Shown one piece after another: positions 37,290 to 52,007 of a DNA stretch of 64,000 nucleotides. Location of the stretch: NCBI RefSeq assembly GCF_006345805.1, contig NC_043010.1:14508001-14572000 (forward strand). Reading direction: 5' to 3'. How positions within the stretch are numbered: the stretch's first letter is position 1; every line of letters starts with the position of its first letter. The notes below the pieces were generated by a model that was not told the origin of the DNA, searched no databases, and saw only the letters and a list, made by a program, of their open reading frames with translations. A program made the position numbers and the translations under genes. This DNA is from Octopus sinensis. Its lineage: Eukaryota.

Positions 37290-37617
37290 GTCACGACATT
37301 GACCATGGGATTGCATCTAGAAAGTTACCCTCAAAGTCACAAGTCTGGGCAAGGTGGTTTTATGGGAGACCAGCAGTCGCCCATGCATACCAGCCTCCCC
37401 TCTCCACGCCACCCGTGTTATCCAAGGGAAAGACAAAGAGGCCGATACAGCTTGGCACCCGTGACGTCGCAACTCATTTCTACAGCTAAGTTAACTGGAG
37501 CAACGTGAAATAAAGTGTCCTGCTCAAGAACACAACACGCAGCCTGGTCCGGGATTCGAGCTCTCAACCTCACGATCGTAAGCTCGACGCTCTAACCACT
37601 AAGCCATGCGCCTTCAC
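37290..37617 (-). mobile_element. tRNA-derived CORE-like SINE (family E)
   Basis: Head GTGAAGGCGCATGGCTTAGTGGTTAGAGCGTC; core TTCTTGAGCAGGACACTTTATTTCAC. Confidence 0.8.
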
Positions 37618-38086
37618 TGTATATGAACACCGTGTGTTCATATCCTTGAACGTAGATATATTAAAATAATTAAAATTACTATTACTGCACCAATAATAAA
37701 AGGAATCTTTTCGTTTCAAATATAGATTATTCGCCATTGATAAACCTTAATATTTCATCTGAATTTGGCTTGACCATTATTACGGATGTCACATGGCATG
37801 CTCCATCCTGACCCTACTCACTCTCGCTTCCCATGAGCCTCTAATGTGGTGTTCTCTTGGCAACTAACATGTAGAGGCAGGACCGCTTCCGGACCACCTC
37901 CACTATATGCACACACACGCACACACACACGCATCCCCACACACTGTGCTTAGATGTGTATTTATTTACGATTACACATGCATAAATATTTTCGTGCATG
38001 TGGTCGCATAGACATATGTAAGCATGTTTTAGCGTCTTTGACGCCCTGCATCTGCTCTGGCTTGATGGAAGATTAGCAATCGGTAG

Positions 38087-38334
38087 TGTTATTATTATTA
38101 TTATTACTATTATTATTACTATTATTATTACTATTATTATTACTATTATTATTATTATATTACTATTATTATTATTATTATATTACTATTATATTCTTAT
38201 TATTACTATTATTATTACTATTATTTACTATTATTATTATTACTATTGTATTATTATTATTAGATTATTATTATTATTATTATACTATTATTATTACTAT
38301 TATTATTACTATTATTATTATTACATTATTATAC

Positions 38335-38370
<36 letters not shown>

Positions 38371-39116
38371 TATTATTATTATATTATACTATTATATTAA
38401 TTATTCTATTAGTATTACTATTATTATTATTACTATATTATATTACTATTATTATTACTATTATTATTATTACTTATATATTATTACTATTATTACTAAT
38501 TATTATTATTATTACTATTATTATCATTATTATTTACTATTACTATTATTACTATTATTATTATTACTATATTATTACTATATATTATTACTTTATTATT
38601 ACTATTATTATATACTATTATTATATTACTATTATTATTATATTATTATTATTACTATTATTATTACTATTATTATTATTATTTACTATTATTATTACTA
38701 TTATTATTACTATTATTATTATTAATATTATTATTAGTATATTATTACTATTATTATTATTTATTACTATTATTATTATTACTATTAGTATTACTATTAT
38801 TATTACTATTATTGTTACTATTATTATTATATTATTATATTACTATTATTATTATTATTATTATTTATTATACTATATTATTATTATTATTATTACTATT
38901 ATTATTATTATTCTTTATATTATTATTACTATTATTATATTATTATTAGTACATTATATTACTATTATTATTATTACTATATTATTACTATTATTATTAT
39001 ATTATTATTATTACTATTATATATATTATTATTATTACTATTCATTATTATATTATATATATTATTTATTACTATTATTATATTATTATTATACTATTAT
39101 TACTATTATTATTATC
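38087..39116. repeat. About 1-kb degenerate (ATT/ACT)n array
   Basis: Direct inspection. Confidence 0.95.
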
Positions 39117-39599
39117 TGGTGTATATTTTATACATCTCTGTTAAGTCATGTTATTTTTTGTTCCCCCTTCCTTGTCTCTCTCTCTCTTTGTCTTTCTTCT
39201 TTTCCTCCCTCACACCCATTCCCCCTTACTCCCCCTCCCCTTACCACCCTTACTCTACCCTCCCCCAACCCCTCCCCCTCAATATATTTCAAACTGTTTT
39301 TATGCTGTTTGTTTATTCTTTAGCAAGCTGTATGTATGTACGTATGTATGTGTCTACGCATCTACATGTATGTATGCATGTACGCATCTATCTATTTATG
39401 TTTCTACATGTCTGTATGTTATTTGTGTGTCTATATGCATGTGTATGCATGCACGTGAAGGTTGCATTTCTCAAGAGAATCTATTTTTATGTGATTCCTG
39501 ACGCCATTTTCGTTGTTTAGTGTATCAGCTTCAAGTAGAAAAGATTCCAGGTATTGTATCAGTTGCAAACATGGCCGCCGTGTAACTGCATGTATGAAT

Positions 39600-40200
39600 G
39601 GGTATATGTGTGTGTGGTATATACATATATACATATTATATATATAATATACATATATATATATATACATATATATACACATATATATATATACATATAT
39701 ATACACATATATATATATACATATATATACACATATATATATACATATTATATATAATATACATATACATATTATATATATCATATACATATACACATAT
39801 ATATATACACATATATATATAATATATATATATACATATATATATATATAATATACATATATATATGCACACACATATATACACATATATAATATACACA
39901 CACACATATATATACAATATATATATATACATATATATATATACACATATATATATACACATATATATATATATACACATATATATATATATACACATAT
40001 ATATATATACACATATTATATATATACACATATATATATATACACATATATATATACACATATTATATATAACACATATATATATATATACATATATACA
40101 CATATATATATACATATATATACATATTATATATAATATACATATACATATTATATATATCATATACATATACACATATATATATACAATATATATATAC

Positions 40201-40248
<48 letters not shown>

Positions 40249-40828
40249 GCACACACATATATACACATATATATATATACACACACACATATATATACAC
40301 ATATATATATATATACATATATATATATACACATATATATATATACACATATATATATATATACACATATATATATATATAACACTATATATATATACAC
40401 ATATATATATACACATAATATATATACACATATATATATTATACACATTATATATACACATATATATATATATACATATATACACATATATATATACATA
40501 TATTACATATATACACATATATATATACATATATATACATATATACACATATATATATACATATATATAATAATATTATATACAACAACACTATCTATAT
40601 ATATACATATACACATATATATATAATATATATATATATAACATATCTATATATATACAATATATATATACATATATATACATATATATATACATATATA
40701 TACATATACATATATATATACATATATACACATATACATATATATAACATATATATATACACACCATATATATACCACATATATATATACACATATATAT
40801 ACATACATATATATATACATATATATAC

Positions 40829-40869
<41 letters not shown>

Positions 40870-41040
40870 CATACATACATATACATACATATATATATAC
40901 ATATATATATATACATATATATATATACATATATATATATACATATATATACATATGTATATATATACACACGTATATATATACACACACATATACACAA
41001 ATATATTTTTATATACACACTCGCAAATGCACACATATTT
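39600..41040. repeat. About 1.4-kb (TA/CA)n low-complexity array
   Basis: Direct inspection. Confidence 0.95.
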
Positions 41041-41693
41041 ATATGTACCAATGTGTCTATACGCATGCGTCCATTTTTGTATGTGCCTACGTGTGCACGC
41101 GCGCGCGCACACACACACTATTTCTCTACCTTTCGCGGTTTTTTATAAACGGTCTGTGTGTCGTACATAAATATAGGTGAATAGAGTTAATCGTAAATTT
41201 TGATCTCCCTCTCCTTACCTCCCTCTCGCTTTATCTCCCTCTCTCTCTCTTATGGCTAATACTAAAATTATGACTATAATTATTGTCGTTGTTGTTGTTG
41301 TTGTTATCATCATCATCATCATCATCATCACTAGTTTTGTTTTTACTTCTATATTCAACTTATGTGGCTCTTCATTCTTACTTGACGCCCTCTCCTTACT
41401 CTTCACATTCGCTCTCTCCAACCATCTCATACATAAAAGGACATTCACACCCCTCCTCCACACACACACACACACATTCACACACACGCATACACACACA
41501 CGCATACACATTTGTAAACGTGCATCTGCGTGCAGCTTTACAAATATCAACCTTAGTATATATATATATTTATATATACATACGTCTTTGTGTTGCATAT
41601 ATACGTACATACATACATACATACACACACATATGTACTGACACACACACACAGTATACACATATATATATAGTCATATGTATACATGCACAC

Positions 41694-41737
<44 letters not shown>

Positions 41738-41797
41738 ATATATATATATTCGTTTCTCGTTGTGTTCTACGTTCATTTGTGGTGTCCTGTACTCATA

Positions 41798-41881
<84 letters not shown>

Positions 41882-41934
41882 ATATATATATATATATATG
41901 CATGTATATATACATATAAATGTAGTTATATGCA

Positions 41935-41984
<50 letters not shown>

Positions 41985-42139
41985 GGTTACATATGCATGT
42001 GTATTATATATGTGTGTGTATATACATGTGTGTGTTCCCGCGCTTTTGTATATAACTGATTATCAACTATTTGTCAATCCATAAACAAACAGAATCAGCA
42101 GCAGCAGCAGCAAAAGCGAATAAAAATAACATCCATAGG

Positions 42140-42207
<68 letters not shown>

Positions 42208-42379
42208 ACACACACACACAAAGCGCGCGCGCACACACACACACAACTACAGAAGCATTTACTTTCGCATTCATTGTAAGAGAGACAAGACGACGAAGAC
42301 TGGTTAAGTATTTAATGTCAAAATAGACACAAATTGAGTACGACGATGATGATGATGATGATGATGATGTTGATGATGA

Positions 42380-42590
42380 TGATCTTTTCTACTATAGGCA
42401 CAAGGCCTGGGATTTCGTGGGGAGGGCGACAGTCGATCACTTCACTCAACTCGTACTTGATTTTTCGACCCCGAAGAGGATGAAAAGCTAAGTCGACCTG
42501 GGCGGAATTTGAACTCAGAACGTAAAGACGGACCAAATGCCGCTAGGCGTCTTGCCCGGTGTGCTAACGGCTCTGCCAAATCGCCATCTT
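42380..42590 (-). mobile_element. SINE family A, tail type 2
   Basis: Homology. Confidence 0.8.
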
Positions 42591-42609
42591 AATAATAATA
42601 ATGATAATA

Positions 42610-44040
42610 ATAATAGTCATTTGAACTTTGGGTTCAATACCACCCGGTCTGAAAAAAGGATTTGGAAACTTTAGAAGTACCCTACAATCTAGGTGTATTG
42701 CCAAAGTTGCCATTACATGGAACTGTACGCATATTGTGTAAAGTACTGTCTGTCTGAGGTCCTTGTGATTTGACAAACAGTACAAACCCCTGCTAGACAC
42801 AATAACTTCAATCAACGACATGATATTGGACACTGTACGACGTCTTGAGATCTTTAATAAACCACAGGAAAGGAACAGTGATAGGCTGCTCGATGAGAGG
42901 CGTGTAGATGGTCTGGAAGAAGACAATAAAACTAATGGTGTTCTGACAGATGAGCAAAAGGCAATCTACGACAGAATAAAGGCAAGGCTACAGGAGAACT
43001 ATAGCGACATTATTTGCAACCTTATAAAGGTTGATTGGCGGAAATTGAACCAAGAAACGAAAAATGTGAATGGAATTCTGAAATACATCAAGACAAAAAG
43101 CATCACAGAAACAAATAATTCGATCAAGGCAGCAAGTATTGTTGTAGCAGAAAATGTGGTTGTTGATGTCAAGAAAAAGAAATATAATGGGATTGACAAA
43201 AGAAAAGATCCATGGTAGAAAAGAAGAACACAAGCGGGGTTAGATAAGCTCTCGAAGGACATCTCTGTGTTAGGCCGAAAAGAGAAGGGGGAGCTTAAAA
43301 GCGGACAAAAATACTGGGCACTGAACAGGAAGTGTGATATTGAAAGAAAGGGCCTGAAACTGGTTATGGAGGAACCGAAACAGCGCCTAATTGATAAGAA
43401 AGCAAAGATGGTAAGACCAAAGAATGAAGGGATACCAGGAGAATAGGGTATTCAGAGTAGATCAGAAGAGATTCTACAAACAAAGGACCAATTGGATAAA
43501 CGCCAAAATAGACAAAAACCAAGTAGAATCCCAATGTAGAATATGCAAATCAAAAGTGGAAAGCGTTACTCATGTAGTAAGTGAATGTAGCATGCTGGCA
43601 CAGAAAGAATACAAGAAAAGACATGACAACGTAGGGAGAACAATCCACTAGGAGATTTGTAGAAAGTTAGGATCTGAAAATACTGATAAATGGTATGAAA
43701 TTGAAATTAGTAAAGTACTAGAAAGTAAGAAATACAATGTTGTTGTGGGACTTTAACATTCAGACTGACAGAGTAATAGAAGCTAGAAGGCTTGATTTGG
43801 TGGTGGTGGCGGTGGTGGTGGTGGTGGTGGTGGTGGTAGTAGTAGTAGTAGATAAAGGCAATAAAATGTGTCAGAAAGTAGACTTTACAGCCCGGAATGA
43901 TGAAAAAATTAATATGAGAAGTATAGAAAAAATAGCAAAGTACCAGGACCTAACCATTGAATTACAGAGACTATGGAAAATATATATCTCAGTGGTTATA
44001 GGTGCGTTGGGAACTATCCACAGTAGTTTGCAACCCTAAA
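42610..44040 (+). pseudogene. R4/Dong-like fragments (an RLE C-terminus; then N-terminal region, CCHC knuckle and RLE)
   Basis: CRICKSKVESVTHVVSECSMLAQKEYKKRHDNVG and LWDFNIQTDRVIEARRLD...KYQDL...VIGALG. Confidence 0.8.
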
Positions 44041-44049
44041 GTTTCTGGG

Positions 44050-45430
44050 AATGGACTGGACAATTTGGAATATGTAGTAGATTTGTCAATGTCCATACCT
44101 TCTCAGAAAACATCGTCACGCTTCACCGCCACTAGTTTTTCTATAGATTACTTGACTGGAATTTCCGCAAATGCCATTATTCGACTGGTATTGAGTGCCG
44201 AGATCCTGACCACATTCCAAATGCCATGCATCAAATCATTGCTTCACTCAGGATTTCAGTTTCGTCAATGAAATGAGTTGGCTAACCAATGAAAGGTGTC
44301 GCTTTAATAAGAATCCGAAAAGCAGAGGCCCGAATCTGATCTGACGGAAGTGGATTAAGGTAGCATGGTCAGGGTGATAAACAACAACAGGAACGATGTA
44401 GGTTGGGATCAAACCAGACCCAAGTAGTGTGACCGGTTCGCCAATCCAGCACTCCATAACGACACCCATCAGTTCGGTTTTGTATACCCAGATCTCGAGC
44501 TGCAAACCCATCGATTTGTATGGCTTGTTTTTAGCCCCTTCAACAGTTTTGTACTTATTGAGAAGGGTACTGACCGTTTCCACTTCGATGGTATTCAACC
44601 CATGACGGTGACGTTCGCAGACGCCGGTATGTCCCTCTCGCATCTCCGTTCGAAAGGAATGTCCCTCAAATGCTTCGTTTTTTGACAGTAATATCTCGAC
44701 CAAAATATACAGAAAAGGTGAGAGGTGAGGCTGCGGACCTCCGAGCAAATATCAATGGACACAATTCAGTTTCTATAAACAGGTCTGGAATAAGCCAATT
44801 TCCGAGTAGCTGTGGTCGACCATATCGAAACTGATTAGGACTGCACTGCAGCCAGATTTATTCCAAAGCATCCCAATATATTGTACGAGGTGAAGTTTGT
44901 ATTGGGTAGACCAGATCGGGGTCGAACGCGTTTGTGTTTGCTTCACTAAATCACCGACGACAAACACCAACTCTTTTACTAACATCTTGACCATAGTCTG
45001 AAACGGTGTCCAGCAGAGTTATGGGTATCTTGTCGACGTCCTTTCTCAGGAAAATCACAAATCACAGCACTGCTTATTCTCCCATTCGGTTCTGCTGATA
45101 ACAGGTCGTTAAACAAGCCTGGTATGTATTCGTGAAACGAGTAGACCGGATCAGCCAGATTGGATGATTTGTGCTTCGTGCATATTTCTCGTATTTCATC
45201 TGCTGCTACTGGCTTTTCGCAAGAGATCGCGTCTTCCGTCGAGAATCGTTACAAGCTGCCGTCAAGGTAGGGACTAGAGTCTGCCGTCGTCCTTGAAATG
45301 TTCTAAGGCTTTGCCGGAAAGCCGAATACAGATTTTCTTTTGTTTGACTGGGCAGAAAGTCACTTTAGTTTTGTAGCTGGGAACTAAGAGCTTCGAGCCT
45401 AGTGTCAGTGAATTGAAACTGAACCCTCGT
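44050..45430 (-). pseudogene. Tx1/L1-like ORF2 RT remnant
   Basis: FDMVDH, PHLSPFLYILVE, GAKNKPYKSMGLQL and PVTLLG motifs. Confidence 0.7.
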
Positions 45431-46090
45431 TCTTGGCTTGCTTGGAGCTAACCGAATAAAACTGATTTGTTACACGTCCGAAGCCGAATATTTGTCGGAG
45501 GGAATTAGAGTCGAGTGGACGACAGGGTATGACTGGTATTTAATACTTACTTACAATAGTCTTGGTAAAAATTGTGCGGATATTTTGAATGACATTAATG
45601 GAATATTGGGAGGAACCAGAGAAGAAGGAAGCAGGAAAGACATTCAAGCGAGGATTTAATCCTAGGCAAAACAATCGGTTTATTCATTGATGAGAGAGAG
45701 AGAGAGAGAGAGAGGGGGGGAAGAGATGATGATGATGACGGCTGAGTAACCGATTAGATCGATGGAGTGTATTACTGGTATTTATTTTAATGATCACAGA
45801 GGGATCGGCAAGCGAAACCAGTCTTGGTGATCGGGGACCAGAACGAGGCTAAGCCTCATTTGAGAGGTGAAAGAGCAACATTTACTCTCTCATATCCCAC
45901 CAAGCATGGATACAAACATACACAATCAAACACAATCATACGCACACACACGCACACGCGCACACACACACACAATCAGACTCCAAACAGATTAGATTTG
46001 GTCTGCGTCGGCAAGACATATTTAGTAAAATCAATAAAAAGAGTCTTTGCCCTATGACATGTTCACAAGACTTTTTATTTATTGATTTTA

Positions 46091-46126
<36 letters not shown>

Positions 46127-46565
46127 CATATGTATGTATGCATATATATTTTTACACATATGTATGTGTGTGCATATATATATATATATATATGTATGTA
46201 TGTGTATATTTTTACACATATGTATGTGTGTGCATATATATATATATAGACGCGCGAACACTAGCCTAAATGTGTAGAATCGGAAATGTCTGTGTAAGTA
46301 GGCAAGAATGCAAATAAATGCAGTAAAGCCATGCGCACACATAGCACACTTGTGTATGCGCATGCGTATGTAGCTTCCTAAGGATGTATATCTAGATATC
46401 TTAGTATATATGCATATGTGTATTTGTATAGGTGTGTAAGAGTGAATGTGTGTGAATGTGTATGTGTGCGTGCGTGTGTGTATATGTATGTGTGTATGCG
46501 TGTTAGTATGTTTGTGTGTGTATTTTTGTATGCGTGTATATGTCTGTGTACATTTGTGTATGTGT

Positions 46566-46613
<48 letters not shown>

Positions 46614-46989
46614 AATGACGTGTGTATCAATGAAAGATATTGTACTGGAATACCTCCTGTAACCATAGCAATGGCAGCTGCTCTCTGATACGAAGAATCT
46701 CATTCGAACCGTGACAGCTTCCTGCTGCCTTCCAATCGTTTTCAGTGCAGTCCCCTTCATCTCCCTCCATCGCTACCATCCCTAACCACAGCACCAACAA
46801 CTCCTCTCCCCCAACATCAAAAAGCCTCACCATCCACCACGCCTCTATCACCCCCTCACTCTCTGGCCCCGTAACCACACGGCTGTAGTCAGATCTCACC
46901 CCCCCCATTATGTCACACAGTCATTTATAAACGTTTCAACGCCACCTCACTATTTCAACTACAAATCTAAATCGGTTACTCAGCTTTAC

Positions 46990-47308
46990 TCTTTTTACTC
47001 TTTTACTTGTTTCAGTCATTTGACTGCGGCCATGCTGGAGCACCGCCTTTAGTCGAGCAAATCGACCCCGGGACTTATTATTTGTAAGCCCAGTACTTAT
47101 TCTATCGGTCTCTTTTGCCGAACCGCTAAGTGACGGGGACGTAAACACACCAGCATCGGTTGTCAAGCAATGCTAGGGAGACAAACACAGACACAAACAC
47201 ATATATATATATACATATATACGACAGGCTTCTTTCAGTTTCCGTCTACCAAATCCTCTCACAAGGCATTGGTCGGCCCGGGGCTATAGCAGAAGACACT
47301 TGCCCAGC
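46990..47308 (-). mobile_element. SINE family B, 5' truncated
   Basis: Homology. Confidence 0.85.
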
Positions 47309-48309
47309 TTGCAAGAAATAACAGTTATAACCCCCTCTAATTCCCTCAGTATTAAAGCATGTCTAAACAAATATGCGATGGGGATGATAATTTCTTTAAT
47401 CACAGGTTCTCTTTAATTAGAGCTTACCCTGTGCAACAGATAAATCCATTTATGACCACCCTTACATATATTTCTAACCATTTCTTTCACTGATTCTTCA
47501 TAACTTGTTGCGCAACTCTCGTTTCAACTCAGGTCTTAATCTTCAGGTCCTTTTATCAACGTAGAACCTTCTCTCAGAATTACCAGACCCGAAGCACACT
47601 GCCACATTCACCCTAGACCTATACATTCCTACTCCCACCTCTCTCTCTCTCTCCCCCCTCCCTTCCCACCTTATCATTCACATCATTATGAGATTATCAA
47701 ACATTACTATATTCACTCACCGTGTCGAACGTCTCCCTTTGCTGCCGAACTCTCACCCCATAGCTTTTTCTCTCTATCACTCTTTCGCATTTTCATCTTT
47801 CGTTCCGGTCTTTAATTCTTAAGCCTCCGACATTCAGAGTGCTCTCATGCAATTATGACAAACATCTTGGCGGTCTTGTCGCTAACGCTTCACTTCAACT
47901 CAACTCAAATATATTTGCTGCATGTAGATTTGCATGTACGCATGTATGTATATACGCATGTATGTATGTGTGTATATATGTATGTATGTATATATGTGTG
48001 TATGGATGGATGGATGGATTTATTGAGACTGCATTTATGTACGTGGTTATATATGTGTGTTTGTAAACCACATGCAGAAATAATTGTGCGCATGTGTAGA
48101 AACATCCAGACAACATATGAATACAGTAATGAGCTGACTGTATACAGTGCTCAGGTGCACGACAAATGCATATATGTGTGTGTGCGTATGTATGTATGTA
48201 TGTGTGTGCGCGTGAATGCTACTACGGCACTTTCTAGCTGCACAAACACTCACAGGTAACAATTCATATATCTCTAATATTTGTGTGTGCGTGTAAACAC
48301 ACACACACA

Positions 48310-48335
48310 CGTATATATATATGTATGTATGTATG

Positions 48336-48401
<66 letters not shown>

Positions 48402-49120
48402 TAAAAACGGTAAATAACAAAAGAAAGAAAGAGACCTCAATATTATGTAAATAGAAGAATATATTTGTAAATATAATATGTGAAAATTATTCGGTAGCCA
48501 AGATAAAACTCTGAGTTTTTCCGATGGCTGGATAACTGAAGAGATAGTGGTGTGGATTTCCACCTTGGCATCTGAAACTCCGAGTTTTATCTTGGCTACC
48601 GAATAATTGTCACATGGTATATTTACAGATATATATATATGCATATTTTATACACACTTACTTGCATATCCTTATATATATATATATGTATGTATATATA
48701 TATATGCATATTTTATACACACTTACTTGCATATCCTTATATATATATATATATATGTATGTATATATATATATGTATATATATATATCTATGTATCTAT
48801 ATATATATGTATATATATATCTATATATCTATATATATATGTATATATATATATCTAAATATATCTATATTATATATGTATATATATATATCTAAATATA
48901 TCTATATATATATATATGTATATATATATATCTAATATATATCTATATATATATATGTATATATATATCTAAATATATATCTATATATATATATCTATAT
49001 ATATCTATATATATATATATCTATATATATATCTATTATATATATATATATATATCTATATATATATATATATATTATATATATATATATTATATATATA
49101 TAATATATATATATATATAT

Positions 49121-49153
<33 letters not shown>

Positions 49154-49275
49154 GTATATATATAATCTATATATCTATATATATATATATATGTATTATA
49201 TATATATATGTATAATATATGTATGTATATATATGTATGTATGTATATATGTATGTATATATATATATATATACG

Positions 49276-49337
<62 letters not shown>

Positions 49338-49340
49338 TAT
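48310..49340. repeat. (TA)n-rich low-complexity block with short tandem duplications
   Basis: Direct inspection. Confidence 0.9.
48478..48615. repeat. 138-bp inverted repeat / mini-MITE
   Basis: AATTATTCGGTAGCCAAGATAAAACTC ... GAGTTTTATCTTGGCTACCGAATAATT. Confidence 0.85.
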
Positions 49341-49971
49341 TCAATAATCATTAACATTACTATAACGACAGGAAGAAACAGTAATTATTCACTCTAATTC
49401 CGATAACGTTGATGTAGTCTCTTTTTAGTAGCATTAAACACTATGATGACGATGATGATAATGACGACGATGATGATGATGATGATCATCATCATCGTCA
49501 TCATTCCTCCTTCTCCCATAACCCTCATCACTTTCATCAGTCATCGTTGTCGTCGTCGTCGTCACTTCCGGTCAGCGAAGCATGCAATTCTCACTTTAAA
49601 AAATATATTAACAAATGTTTCACATAACTAAGGTCACATAGCCTCTTTTGGTTATGTGATAGAAAAATATATTATCATTGATTAGTAGAAACATGAGTGC
49701 GTCGTACAAAATACCTTTCGCTATTTGCTTCAGTTCTTAACGTTCTGAGTACAAATAGCCCCTTTTTTTTTCTTCTTATCTTTTCGGGGACGATAAAAAT
49801 AAGTACAAGCCGAGCAATGGGCTCCATGTAATCGACACCCCAACTCCCGCAAACATTTCACATCCTATGCTAAGAGTAAAAACGGATTATTATTATTATT
49901 ATTATTATTATACCAAGACAAAACAATATACATGATAACACTTCCAATCAGTTAAAATCAAAAGCCATGAG

Positions 49972-50264
49972 AGTTAGATACCTGCGTCGTTGTGTTTTGC
50001 TATTGCGTTTGTGGTGTGATTTTTTTTCTGTCTGCAGTGGGGAATTTGATGCTTGTGGTACAATAACAACAATAAGAAGAAGAAGACCAACGATAATAAT
50101 AATAACCGCCTGGTACTGCATTACGGCAGTTATTATTGTCATTGTTGGTCTTCTTCTTCTTATTGTTGTTATTGTACCACAAGCATCAAATTCCCCACTG
50201 CAGACAGAAAAAAAAATCACACCACAAACGCAACAGCAAAACACAATGACGCAGGCATCTAACT
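49972..50264. repeat. 293-bp hairpin with ~134-bp arms
   Basis: Arms 49972-50105 and 50129-50264 are near reverse complements. Confidence 0.95.
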
Positions 50265-50379
50265 TTGTGTTAGTAAGGAGAACCAAAAAAAAAAAAAAAA
50301 AACGATGGCCCTCTTATCACGAAGGGAAGACATTGAAAAAGGTGTGTGGTGGGGGGGGAATCTTCTTGGACTAGCACGT

Positions 50380-51480
50380 GCAACGTGTCAAAGGACTTAA
50401 TGAGGGTGAGGATTGATTTGGATACTTTCCAAACATTTAGGGATACCTTTCCACATGATGTAGGGATCTCTCAAGTAAATGCCAATGCAAGGCTTCTACA
50501 AGGGTTCCCAAAGGAGCCCAACGAAGAAATGGAGGTGGGACCACCCAATCTGCAGTGGCACCGGGAGGATAAGTAACCCTCCTCTATTGTCTTTCCTTCT
50601 TTTTAGGCCAATATTGTGGTGTTAAGAGTAGGTTGCATAAATGTACGAGGCCCGGGGTCGTCCTGGAAGCAAGGTCGCTTGTTCAATGACCTCAGGTGGC
50701 TGAATTTGGATGTAAAAGCCGCCATTGAGACCAGGTTCGCGGACACAAGCACATTAGTACATATTTTTGATGACTTCGAGATCTTTGCATCTCTTAGTCG
50801 ACCAGAAATGGGGGTGGGATGGCGGTGTAGTTCAGAAAAGGCTTGGATATCGAGACACGGTCGGTCTTCCTGGACCCGGAAGGTAAGACGGTGATCCTGG
50901 ACGTGAACGATAACGAAGGCAGTACTTTTAGACTGGTCCCTTTGTATGCTCCGACTGGATTGCCCCCGCCTCCTTTCTTTGGCCGCGAAGGATAGGCAGT
51001 TTTTCTGTGTCTGGTGGCTATGGCGAAAGAGGTTGCGTGGTGGACGCGATTGAAAGGGTTGAAGACGGGTACCTTACTTGTCGGCCAAGGCCTCATTGAT
51101 TTTTTCAGGTTCCACCTGAAAAGGAAAGTGAGGCTGGAGAGGGAAGTGCTGTGACCCAGTAAGTTCGTTGAAAGATGGGTGAATGTGGCACGAATGGCCC
51201 GTGTGAATAGGTCTACTCTAAGTATGCGCCTGTAGGCTGGATGGAATGGACAAGAGAGGGGTGTGTACCTGAGCTGCCTTTGGTGTTAGGGGCTCCTAAG
51301 TGCGTGAGGTTTCTTTGGTTACCTCTCGGTGGGACTCCCCCCCCTATTGGGAAAGTATATTATTGGTTTAATCTTGTCAATTGTTGTGCTTGTTTGCTGT
51401 TTACACGTTTGACTACACTGTCCCTCGTCTGTGTATTGTCCTTTATGTTTTGTGTTCGGCCCTGATGGCCAATAAAGAGA
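50380..51480 (+). mobile_element. Internally deleted Tx1/L1-like LINE (APE endonuclease start, ORF2 C-terminus, 3' UTR)
   Basis: LRVGCINVRG...DLRWLNLDV...IET...FRLVPLYAP, then MAKEVAWWTR...FVERW, then a UTR ending CAATAAAGAGAG. Confidence 0.75.
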
Positions 51481-51487
51481 GTATTAT

Positions 51488-51970
51488 TTTCTCTTTATCA
51501 CAGATTTTGTTGGAGCACCTGGAGTCTTGCATGCGTAGCGAGCTTACTACCTGCAGCCTACGGTACCATGTTATTCATTATTATTTTGGTTTGGTCTTAT
51601 TCTTGATAAGATTTATGTGGGTAGCGAGTTACTACCTGTAACCTTAGGTATCCACAAGTTTTCAGTAGACTTTCAAGTGTTTAGGACCCTCCTGATAATC
51701 CTTGCGGTCCCTAAGAGACAAATTTTCTGTAGGAGCTCTACGGGGCATTCTATTTCAATCTCCTTCAGACATTTGTCTATGTCTTGGCTAACTGCTCCCA
51801 ACGCACCAATTGTTATAGGCACGGCCTTTACTGTTCGCATGCCCCAGATTCTTCCTATTTTAAATTTAAGGGGGTTGTATTTTGTTTTCGTTTGTCACCC
51901 GCTTTCTTTACGATCCTGGAGTCAAATGAATATGAAAGGTCGATAAGTAAGCAGTTTAGCTTTTCGGTCG

Positions 51971-52007
<37 letters not shown>

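Noticed and set aside
46290-46330. Minus-strand FAFLPT resembling VMAT VAFLPAS
   Set aside because: Wrong position in exon order, in-frame stop soon after and no splice support
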